Source: the human T2T-CHM13v2.0 reference genome, Homo sapiens. From it: a DNA stretch of 64,000 nucleotides. The stretch lies in assembly GCF_009914755.1 (NCBI RefSeq), contig NC_060939.1, one strand, 5' to 3'. The notes beneath the pieces are model-generated. The model was not told the DNA's origin. It did no database searches and was given only the letters and a program-made list of their open reading frames with translations. A program made the position numbers and the translations under genes. Position 1 is the stretch's first letter, and each line of letters starts with the position of its first letter. Shown one piece after another: positions 13,201-25,620 of the stretch.

Positions 13201-15329
13201 TTCCATACAGTTGCATTCCATTGGATTCCATTCTATATCTATAAATTCAATTCGAGACCATTGCTTTTGAGTCCATTCTATATGATTCCATTCCATTCAA
13301 GTCCATTACATTTGGTTCAATTCCATTCCATTCCATTCCCTTCCATTCCATTCCAGTTGATATCAATCCATTCGATTCCATTCCATTCGAGCACATTCCA
13401 TTCGAGTCCATTCCATTCGATGCCATTCCCTTTGATTCTATTCCATTAGTCTCCATTCAATTCCATTAATCTCCATTCCATTCCATTCTACTCCAACTGA
13501 TTCCATTCCATTCTATTCCTTTCCATTCCATTTCATTCCATTCCATTCCATTTCATTCCATTCCATTTCATTCCATTCCATTCCATTCGTGTCCATTCCA
13601 CTCCAGTCCATTCCATTCGTGTCCATTCCATTCCAGTCCATTCCATTTGTGTCCACTGCATTCCATTCCACTCCATTCCATATTATTCCATTACACTCCA
13701 TTCCATTCTATTACTTTCATTTCCATTCAATTCCATTCCATTTGATTCCATTCCACTCGGTTTCATTCCATTTGAGTCCACTCCATTCCATTCCATTCCA
13801 TTCCATTCAGTTCCATTCCATTCTGTTCCATTCCATTCCGTTCCATTACATTCCATTCCATTCGGTACCATTCCATATTGTTCCATTCGATTCCATTCGA
13901 ATCCATTCCATTCCAGTCCATTCCATTCGATTCCATTCCATTCATTTCAATTCCATTCCATTCCATTCCATTACATTCCACTTGATTCCTATCCATTCCC
14001 TTCCACTGCATTCCGTTCGATTCCATTCCATTGCATTGCATTCCATTCCATTGGATTGCATTCCATTCGATTCCATTCCATTCGAATCAATTACATAGCA
14101 ATCCATTACATTCGAGTCTATTCTATTCCGTTCCATTCGATTTCGTTCCAATCCATTCGATTCCATTCCATTCGATTCCATTCCATACTATTGCATTCCA
14201 TTCGATTACATTATATTCGAATAAGTTCCATTCAAGACCATTTCTTTTGAGTCCATTCTATTTGAGTCCATTCCCTTTGATTCCATAACATTTGAGTCCA
14301 TTCAATTCCATTCCTTTCGTTTCCATTCCATTTGATGCCATTCCATTCAATTCTGTTCTACTCGACTCCAATACATTCAATTCCATTCCATCCGATTCCA
14401 TTACATTCTTTTCATTTCTTATCCATTTCAAGCCATTCCACTCCATTCCATTCCACTCGTTTCCTTTCCATTCGAGTCCATTCCTCTCCAGTCCATTCCG
14501 TTCAATCCATTCCATTCCAGTCCATTCCATTCGAGTCCGTTCCATTCCACTCCATTCCATTAGAGTCAACTCCATTCCATTCGATGTCTTTCCATAACGA
14601 TCCATTCCATTCTATTCCTTTCGATTCCATTCCATTCTATTTCATTCCATTCGATTCCCTTCCATTGGACTCCTTTCCATTCGAGTGCATTCCATTCCTT
14701 TCCATTTCTTTCCGTTCTGTACGATTCCTACCGTTCGATTTCATTTTGTTCCAGTCCATTCCTTTCGCGTCCATTCCATTCCATTTCACTCCATTCGATT
14801 CCATTCCACTCGATTCCACTTCGTTCCATTTCATTGCATTCCATTCTATTCAACTCTATTGCCTTCCATTCCATTCCATTCGATTACATTCCATGCGATT
14901 CCATTCGAAATCGAATCAATTACATTGCAATCCATTACTATTGAGTCCGTTTTATTCCAGTCCACTGCATTCTGGTCCATTCCATTTGATTCCATTCCAT
15001 TCTATTCCATTCCATACAGTTGCATTCCATTGGATTCCATGCTATATCTATAAATTCAATTCGAGACCATTGCTTTTGAGTCCATTCTATATGATTCCAT
15101 TCCATTCAAGTCCATTACATTTCGTTCAATTCCATTCCATTCCATTCCCTTCCATTCCATTCCAGTTGATATCAATCCATTCGATTCCATTCCATTCGAG
15201 CACATTCCATTCGAGTCCATTCCATTCGATGCCATTCCATTTGATTCTATTCCATTAGTCTCCATTCAATTCCATTAATCTCCATTCCATTCCATTCTAC
15301 TCCAACTGATTCCATTCCATTCTATTCCT
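4270..15329 (+). repeat. Tandem duplication with a 5,427 bp period (3 x 1809 bp units), about 2 copies
   Basis: Private variants and ORF translations recur at exactly +5427 (ORFs 5287/10714, 6353/11780, 7096/12523, 8162/13589, 8905/14332). Bounding mismatches at 4269/9696 and 9903/15330. Confidence 0.93.
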
Positions 15330-18300
15330 ATCCATTCCATTTCATTCCATTCCATTCCATTTCATTCCATTCCATTCCATTCGTGTCCATTCCACTCCAG
15401 TCCATTCCATTCGTGTCCATTCCATTCCAGTCCATTCCATTTGTGTCCACTGCATTCCATTCCACTCCATTCCATATTATTCCATTACACTCCATTCAAT
15501 TCTATTACTTTCATTTCCATTCAATTCCATTCCATTTGATTCCATTCCACTCGGTTTCATTCCATTTGAGTCCACTCCATTCCATTCCATTCCATTCCAT
15601 TCAGTTCCATTCCATTCTGTTCCATTCCATTCCGTTCCATTCCATTCCATTCCATTCGGTACCATTCCATATTGTTCCATTCGATTCCATTCGAATCCAT
15701 TCCATTCCAGTCCATTCCATTCGATTCCATTCCATTCATTTCAATTCCATTCCATTCCATTCCATTACATTCCACTTGATTCCTCTGCATTCCCTTCCAC
15801 TGCATTCCGTTCGATTCCATTCCATTGCATTGCATTCCATTCTATTGGATTGCATTCCATTCGATTCCATTCCATTCGAATCAATTACATAGCAATCCAT
15901 TACATTCGAGTCTATTCTATTCCGTTCCATTCGATTTCGTTCCAATCCATTCGATTCCATTCCATTCGATTCCATTCCATACTATTGCATTCCATTCGAT
16001 TACATTATATTCGAATAAGTTCCATTCAAGACCATTTCTTTTGAGTCCATTCTATTTGAGTCCATTCCCTTTGATTCCATAACATTTGAGTCCATTCAAT
16101 TCCATTCCTTTCGTTTCCATTCCATTTGATGCCATTCCATTCAATTCTGTTCTACTCGACTCCAATACATTCAATTCCATTCCATCCGATTCCATTACAT
16201 TCTTTTCATTTCTTATCCATTTCAAGCCATTCCACTCCATTCCATTCCACTCGTTTCCTTTCCATTCGAGTCCATTCCTCTCCAGTCCATTCCGTTCAAT
16301 CCATTCCATTCCAGTCCATTCCATTCGAGTCCGTTCCATTCCAGTCCATTCCATTCGAGTCAATTCCATTCCATTCGATGTCTTTCCATAACGATCCATT
16401 CCATTCTATTCCTTTCGATTCCATTCCATTCTATTTCATTCCATTCGATTCCCTTCCATTGGACTCCTTTCCATTCGAGTGCATTCCATTCCTTTCCATT
16501 TATTTCCGTTCTGTACGATTCCTACCGTTCGATTTCATTTTGTTCCAGTCCATTCCTTTCGCGTCCATTCCATTCCATTTCACTCCATTCGATTCCATTC
16601 CACTCGATTCCACTTCGTTCCATTTCATTGCATTCCATTCTATTCAACTCTATTGCCTTCCATTCCATTCCATTCGATTACATTCCATGCGATTCCATTC
16701 GAAATCGAATCAATTACATTGCAATCCATTACTATTGAGTCCGTTTTATTCCAGTCCACTGCATTCTGGTCCATTCCATTTGATTCCATTCCATTCTATT
16801 CCATTCCATACAGTTGCATTCCATTGGATTCCATGCTATATCTATAAATTCAATTCGAGACCATTCCTTTTGAGTCCATTCTATATGATTCCATTCCATT
16901 CAAGTCCATTACATTTGGTTCAATTCCATTCCATTCCATTCCCTTCCATTCCATTCCAGTTGATATCAATCCATTCGATTCCATTCCATTCGAGCACATT
17001 CCATTCGAGTCCATTCCATTCGATGCCATTCCATTTGATTCTATTCCATTAGTCTCCATTCAATTCCATTAATCTCCATTCCATTCCATTCTACTCCAAC
17101 TGATTCCATTCCATTATATTCCTTTCCATTCCATTTCATTCCATTCCATTCCATTTCATTCCAGTCCATTCCATTCGTGTCCATTCCACTCCAGTCCATT
17201 CCATTCGTGTCCATTCCATTCCAGTCCATTCCATTTGTGTCCCCTGCATTCTATTACACTCCATTCCATATTATTCCATTACACTCCATTCCATTCTATT
17301 ACTTTCATTTCCATTCAATTCCATTCCATTTGATTCCATTCCACTCGGTTTCATTCCATTTGAGTCCACTCCATTCCATTCCATTCCATTCCATTCAGTT
17401 CCATTCCATTCTATTCCATTCAATTCCGTTCCATTACATTCCATTCCATTCGGTACCATTCCATATTGTTCCATTCGATTCCATTCGAATCCATTCCATT
17501 CCAGTCCATTCCATTCGATTCCATTCCATTCATTTCAATTCCATTCCATTCCATTCCATTACATTCCACTTGATTCCTCTCCATTCCCTTCCACTGCATT
17601 CCGTTCGATTCCATTCCATTGCATTGCATTCCATTCCATTGGATTGCATTCCATTCGATTCCATTCCATTCGAATCAATTACATAGCAATCCATTACATT
17701 CGAGTCTATTCTATTCCGTTCCATTCGATTTCGTTCCAATCCATTCGATTCCATTCCATTCGATTCCATTCCATACTATTGCATTCCATTCGATGACATT
17801 ATATTCGAATAAGTTCCATTCAAGACCATTTCTTTTGAGTCCATTCTATTTGAGTCCATTCCCTTTGATTCCATAACATTTGAGTCCATTCAATTCCATT
17901 CCTTTCGTTTCCATTCCATTTGATGCCATTCCATTCAATTCTGTTCTACTCGACTCCAATACATTCAATTCCATTCCATCCGATTCCATTACATTCTTTT
18001 CATTTCTTATCCATTTCAAGCCATTCCACTCCATTCCATTCCACTCGTTTCCTTTCCATTCGAGTCCATTCCTCTCCAGTCCATTCCGTTCAATCCATTC
18101 CATTCCAGTCCATTCCATTCGAGTCCGTTCCATTCCAGTCCATTCCATTCGAGTCAATTCCATTCCATTCGATGTCTTTCCATAACGATCCATTCCATTC
18201 TATTCCTTTCGATTCCATTCCATTCTATTTCATTCCATTCGATTCCCTTCCATTGGACTCCTTTCCATTCGAGTGCATTCCATTCCTTTCCATTTCTTTC

Positions 18301-18899
18301 CGTTCTGTACGATTCCTACCGTTCGATTTCATTTTGTTCCAGTCCATTCCTTTCGCGTCCATTCCATTCCATTTCACTCCATTCGATTCCATTCCACTCG
18401 ATTCCACTTCGTTCCATTTCATTGCATTCCATTCTATTCAACTCTATTGCCTTCCATTCCATTCCATTCGATTACATTCCATGCGATTCCATTCGAAATC
18501 GAATCAATTACATTGCAATCCATTACTATTGAGTCCGTTTTATTCCAGTCCACTGCATTCTGGTCCATTCCATTTGATTCCATTCCATTCTATTCCATTC
18601 CATACAGTTGCATTCCATTGGATTCCATTCTATATCTATAAATTCAATTCGAGACCATTGCTTTTGAGTCCATTCTATATGATTCCATTCCATTCAAGTC
18701 CATTACATTTGGTTCAATTCAATTCCATTCCATTCCCTTCCATTCCATTCCAGTTGATATCAATCCATTCGATTCCATTCCATTCGAGCACATTCCATTC
18801 GAATCCATTCCATTCGATGCCATTCCATTTGATTCTATTCCATTAGTCTCCATTCAATTCCATTAATCTCAATTCCATTCCATTCTACTCCAACTGATT

Positions 18900-21800
18900 C
18901 CATTCCATTCTATTCCTTTGCATTCCATTTCATTCCATTCCATTCCATTCGCTTCCATTCCATTCGTGTCCATTCCACTCCAGTCCATTCCATTCATGTC
19001 CATTCCATTCCAGTCCATTCCATTTGTGTCCACTGCATTCCATTCCACTCCATTCCATATTATTCCATTACACTCCATTCCATTCTATTACTTTCATTTC
19101 CATTCAATTCCATTCCATTTGATTCCATTCCACTCGGTTTCATTCCATATGAGTCCATTCCATTCCATTCCATTAAATTCCATTCGGTACAATTCCATAT
19201 TGTTCCATTCGATTCCATTCGAATCCATTCCATTCCAGTCCGTTCCATTCGATTCCATTCCATTCCTTTCAATTCCATTCCATTCCATTCCATTCCACTT
19301 GAATCCACTCCATTCCCTTCCACTGCATTCCATTCGATTCCATTCCATTGCATTGCATTCCATTCCCTTGGATTGCATTCCATTCGATTCCATTCCATTC
19401 GAATCAATTACATAGCAATCCATTACATTCGAGTCTATTCTATTCCGTTCCATGCGATTTCGTTCCAATCCATTCGATTCCATTCCATTCGATTCCATTC
19501 CATACTATTGCATTCCATTCGATTAAATTATATTCGAATAAGTTCCATTCAAGACCATTTCTTTTGAGTCCATTCTATTTGAGTCCATTCCCTTTGATTC
19601 CATAACATTTGAGTCCATTCAATTCCATTCCTTTCGTTTCCATTCCATTTGATGCCATTCCATTCAATTCTGTTCTACTCGACTCCAATACATTCAATTC
19701 CATTCCATCCGATTCCATTACATTCTTTTCATTTCTTATCCATTTCAAGCCATTCCATTCCATTCCATTCCACTCGTTTCCTTTCCATTCGAGTCCATTC
19801 CTCTCCAGTCCATTCCGTTCAATCCATTCCATTCCAGTCCATTCCATTCGAGTCCGTTCCATTCCAATCCATTCCATTCGAGTCAATTCCATTCCATTCG
19901 ATGTCTTTCCATAACGATCCATTCCATTCTATTCCTTTCGATTCCATTCCTTTCTATTTCATTCCATTCGATTCCCTTCCATTGGACTCCTTTCCATACG
20001 AGTGCATTCCGTTCCGTTCCATTTCTTTCCGTTCTGTACGATTCCTACCGTTCGATTTCATTTTGTTCCAGTCATTTCCTTTCGCGTCCATTCCATTCCT
20101 TTTCACTCCATTCGATTCCATTCCACTCGACTCAACTTCGTTCCATTTCATGCCATTCCATTCTATTCAACTCTATTGCCTTCCATTCCATTCCATTCGA
20201 TTACATTCCATGCGATTCCATTCGAAATCGAATCAATTACATTGCAATCCATTACTATTGAGTCCGTTTTATTCCAGTCCACTGCATTCTGGTCCATTCC
20301 ATTTGATTCCATTCCATTCTATTCCATTCCATACAGTTGCATTCCATTGGATTCCATTCTATATCTATAAATTCAATTCGAGACCATTGCTTTTGAGTCC
20401 ATTCTATATGATTCCATTCCATTCAAGTCCATTACATCTGGTTCAATTCCATTCCATTCCATTCCCTTCCATTCCATTCCATTTGATATCAATCCATTCG
20501 ATTCCATTCCATTCGAGGACATTCCATTCGAGTCCATTCCATTCGATGCCATTCCATTTGATTCTATTCCATTAGTCTCCATTCAATTCCATTAATCTCC
20601 ATTCCATTCCATTCTACTCCAACTGATTCCATTCCATTCTATTCCTTTCCATTCCATTTCATTCCATTCCATTCCATTTCATTCCATTCCATTCCATTCG
20701 TGTCCATTCCACTCCAGTCCATTCCATTCGTGTCCATTCCATTCCAGTCCATTCCATTTGTGTCCACTGCATTCCATTCCACTCCATTCCATATTATTCC
20801 ATTACACTCCATTCCATTCTATTACTTTCATTTCCATTCAATTCCATTCCATTTGATTCCATTCCACTCGGTTTCATTCCTTTTGAGTCCACTCCATTCC
20901 ATTCCATTCCATTCCATTCAGTTCCATTCCATTCTGTTCCATTCCATTCCGTTCCATTACATTCCATTCCATTCGGTACCATTCCATATTGTTCCATTCG
21001 ATTCCATTCGAATCCATTCCATTCCAGTCCATTCCATTCGATTCCATTCCATTCATTTCAATTCCATTCCATTCCATTCCATTCCATTCCATTGCATTCC
21101 ATTCCTTTCCATTCAGTTCCATTCCATTCTGTTCCATTTCATTCCATTCCATTCAATTCCATTCGGTAGCATTCCATATTGTTCCATTCGATTCCATTCG
21201 AATCCATTCCATTCCAGTCCATTCCATTCGATTCCATTCCATTCCTTTCAATACCATTCCATTCCACTTAATTCCACTCCATTCCCTTCCACTGCATTCC
21301 ATTCGAAACCATTCAATTGCATTGCATTCCATTCCATTGGATTTCATTCCATTCGATTCCATTCCATTCGAATCAATTCCATAGCAATCCATTACATTCG
21401 AGTCTATTCTATTCCGTTCCATTCGATTTCTTTCCAATGCATTCGATTCCATTCCATTCGATTCCTTTCCATACTATTGCATTCCATTCGATTAAATTAT
21501 ATTCGAATAAGTTCCATTCAAGACCATTTCTTTTGAGTCCATTCTATTTGAGTCCATTCCCTTTGATTCCATAACATTTGAGTCCATTCAATTCCATTCC
21601 TTTCGTTTCCATTCCATTTGATGCCATTGCATTCAGTTCTGTTCTACTCGACTCCAATACATTCAATTCCATTCTATCCGATTCCAATACATTCTTTTCA
21701 TTTCGTATCCATTTCAAGCCATTCCATTCCATTCCATTCCACTCGTTTCCTTTCCATTCGAGTCCATTCCTCTCCAGTCCATTCCGTTCAATCCATTCCA

Positions 21801-24800
21801 TTCCAGTCCATTCCATTCGAGTCCGTTCCATTCCAGTCCATTCCATTCGAGTCAATTCCATTCCATTCGATGTCTTTCCGTAACGATCCATTCCATTCTA
21901 TTCCTTTCGATTGCATTCCATTCTATTTCATTCCATTCGATTCCCTTCCATTGGACTCCTTTCCATTCGAGTGCATTCCATTCCGTTCCATTTCTTTCCG
22001 TTCTGTACGATTCCTACCGTTCGATTTCATTTTGTTCCAGTCCATTCCTTTCGCGTCCATTCCATTCCATTTCACTCCATTCGATTCCATTCCATTCGAT
22101 TCCATTCCACTCGATTCCACTTCGTTCCATTTCATTGCATTCCATTCTATTCAACTCTATTGCCTTCCATTCCATTCCATTCGATTACATTCCATGCGAT
22201 TCCATTCGAAATCGAATCAATTACATTGCAATCCATTACTATTGAGTCCGTTTTATTCCAGTCCACTGCATTCTGGTCCATTCCATTTGATTCCATTCCA
22301 TTCTATTCCATTCCATACAGTTGCATTCCATTGGATTCCATTCTATATCTATAAATTCAATTCGAGACCATTGCTTTTGAGTCCATTCTATATGATTCCA
22401 TTCCATTCAAGTACATTACATTTGGTTCAATTCCATTCCAATCCATTCCCTTCCATTCCATTCCAGTTGATATCAATCCATTCGATTCCATTCCATTCGA
22501 GCACATTCCATTCGAGTCCATTCCATTCGATGCCATTCCATTTGATTCTATTCCATTAGTCTCCATTCAATTCCATTAATCTCCATTCCATTCCATTCTA
22601 CTCCAACTGATTCCATTCCATTCTATTCCTTTCCATTCCATTTCATTCCATTCCATTCCATTCGCTTCCATTCCATTCGTGTCCATTCCACTCCAGTCCA
22701 TTCCATTCATGTCCATTCCATTCCAGTCCATTCCATTTGTGTCCACTGCATTATATTCCACTCCATTCCATATTATTCCATTACACTCCATTCCATTCTA
22801 TTACTTTCATTTCCATTCAATTCCATTCCATTTGATTCCATTCCACTCGGTTTCATTCCATTTGAGTCCATTCCATTCCATTCCATTAAATTCCATTCGG
22901 TACCATTCCATATTTTTCCATTCGATTCCATTCGAATCCATTCCATTCCAGTCCGTTCCATTCGATTCCATTCCATTCCTTTCAATTCCATTCCATTCCA
23001 TTCCATTCGACTTGAATCCACTCCATTCCCTTCCACTGCATTCCATTCGATTCCATTCCATTGCATTGCATTCCATTCCCTTGGATTGCATTCCATTCGA
23101 TTCCATTCCATTCGAATCAATTACATAGCAATCCATTACATTCGAGTCTATTCTATTCCGTTCCATTCGATTTCTTTCCAATCCATTCGATTCCATTCCA
23201 TTCGATTCCATTCCATACTATTGCATTCCATTCGATTAAATTATATTCGAATAAGTTCCATTCAAGACCATTTCTTTTGAGTCCATTCTATTTGAGTCCA
23301 TTCCCTTTGATTCCATAACATTTGAGTCCATTCAATTCCATTCCTTTCGTTTGCATTCCATTTGATGCCATTCCATTCAATTCTGTTCTACTCGACTCCA
23401 ATACATTCAATTCCATTCCATCCGATTCCATTACATTCTTTTCATTTCTTATCCATTTCAAGCCATTCCACTCCACTCCATTCCACTCGTTTCCTTTCCA
23501 TTCGAGTCCATTCCTCTCCAGTCCATTCCGTTCAATCCATTCCATTCCAGTCCATTCCATTCGAGTTCGTTCCATTCCAATCCATTCCATTCGAGTCAAT
23601 TCCATTCCATTCGATGTCTTTCCATAACGATCCATTCCATTCTATTCCTTTCGATTCCATTCCTTTCTATTTCATTCCATTCGATTCCCTTCCATTGGAC
23701 TCCTTTCCATACGAGTGCATTCCGTTCCATTCCATTTCTTTCCGTTCTGTACGATTCCTACCGTTCGATTTCATTTTGTTGCAGTCCATTCCTTTCGCGT
23801 CCATTCCATTCCATTTCACTCCATTCGATTCCATTCCACTCGACTCAACTTCGTTCCATTTCATGCCTTTCCATTCTATTCAACTCTATTGCCTTCCATT
23901 CCATTCCATTCGATTACATTCCATGCGATTCCATTCGAAATCGAATCAATTACATTGCAATCCATTACTATTGAGTCCGTTTTATTCCAGTCCACTGCAT
24001 TCTGGTCCATTCCATTTGATTCCATTCCATTCTATTCCATTCCATACAGTTGCATTCCATTGGATTCCATTCTATATCTATAAATTCAATTCGAGACCAT
24101 TGCTTTTGAGTCCATTCTATATGATTCCATTCCATTCAAGTCCATTACATTTGGTTCAATTCCATTCCATTCCATTCCCTTCCATTCCATTCCATTTGAT
24201 ATCAATCCATTCGATTCCATTCCATTCGAGCACATTCCATTCGAGTCCATTCCATTCGATGCCATTCCATTTGCTTCTATTCCATTAGTCTCCATTCAAT
24301 TCCATTAATCTCAATTCCATTCCATTCTACTCCAACTGATTCCATTCCATTCTATTCCTTTCCATTCCATTTCATTCCATTCCATTCCATTTCATTCCAT
24401 TCCATTCCATTCGTGTCCATTCCACTCCAGTCCATTCCATTCGTGTCCATTCCATTCCAGTCCATTCCATTTGTGTCCACTGCATTCCATTCCACTCCAT
24501 TCCATATTATTCCATTACACTCCATTCCATTCTATTACTTTCATTTCCATTCAATTCCATTCCATTTGATTCCATTCCACTCGGTTTCATTCCATTTGAG
24601 TCCATTCCATTCCATTCCATTAAATTCAATTCGGTACCATTCCATATTGTTCCATTCGATTCCATTCGAATCCATTCCATTCCAGTCCGTTCCATTCGAT
24701 TCCATTCCATTCCTTTCAATTCCATTCCATTCCATTCCATTCCACTCGAATCCACTCCATTCCCTTCCACTGCATTCCATTCGATTCCATTCCATTGCAT

Positions 24801-25620
24801 TGCATTCCATTCCCTTGGATTGCATTCCATTCGATTCCATTCCATTCGAATCAATTACATAGCAATCCATTACATTCGAGTCTATTCTATTCCGTTCCAT
24901 TCAATTTCTTTCCAATCCATTCGATTCCATTCCATTCGATTCCATTCCATACTATTGCATTCCATTCGATTACATTATATTCGAATAAGTTCCATTCAAG
25001 ACCATTTCTTTTGAGTCCATTCTATTTGAGTCCATTCCCTTTGATTCCATAACATTTGAGTCCATTCAATTCCATTCCTTTCGTTTCCATTCCATTTGAT
25101 GCCATTCCATTCAATTCTGTTCTACTCGACTCCAATACATTCAATTCCATTCCATCCGATTCCATTACATTCTTTTCATTTCTTATCCATTTCAAGCCAT
25201 TCCATTCCCTTCCATTCCACTCGTTTCCTTTCCATTCGAGTCCATTCCTCTCCAGTCCATTCCGTTCAATCCATTCCATTCCAGTCCATTCCATTCGAGT
25301 CCGTTCCATTCCAATCCATTCCATTCGAGTCAATTCCATTCCATTCGATGTCTTTCCATAACGATCCATTCCATTCTATTCCTTTCGATTCCATTCCTTT
25401 CTATTTCATTCCATTCGATTCCCTTCCATTGGACTCCTTTCCATACGAGTGCATTCCGTTCCGTTCCATTTCTTTCCGTTCTGTACGATTCCTACCGTTC
25501 GATTTAATTTTCTTCCAGTCCATTCCTTTCGCGTCCATTCCATTCCATTTCACTCCATTCGATTCCATTCCACTCGACTCAACTTCGTTCCATTTCATGG
25601 CATTCCATTCTATTCAACTC
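18900..25620 (+). repeat. Divergent subfamily block (U10-U14) with a shared 60 bp deletion and linked substitutions
   Basis: 60 bp deletion upstream of the KpnI site with CATTAAATT at about 19171, 22885 and 24618. CCCTTGG at about 19364, 23078 and 24812. CCATACGAG and CTCGACTCAAC in U11, U13 and U14. Confidence 0.85.
20916..21270 (+). repeat. Internal ~190 bp duplication of the KpnI-containing segment in U11 (unit length 1969 bp)
   Basis: The block CAGTTCC..CTGTTCC..GGTAC/GC..CATATTGTTCC..GAATCC..TTTCAAT occurs twice, with GGTACC at 20975 and GGTAGC at 21165. Confidence 0.92.
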
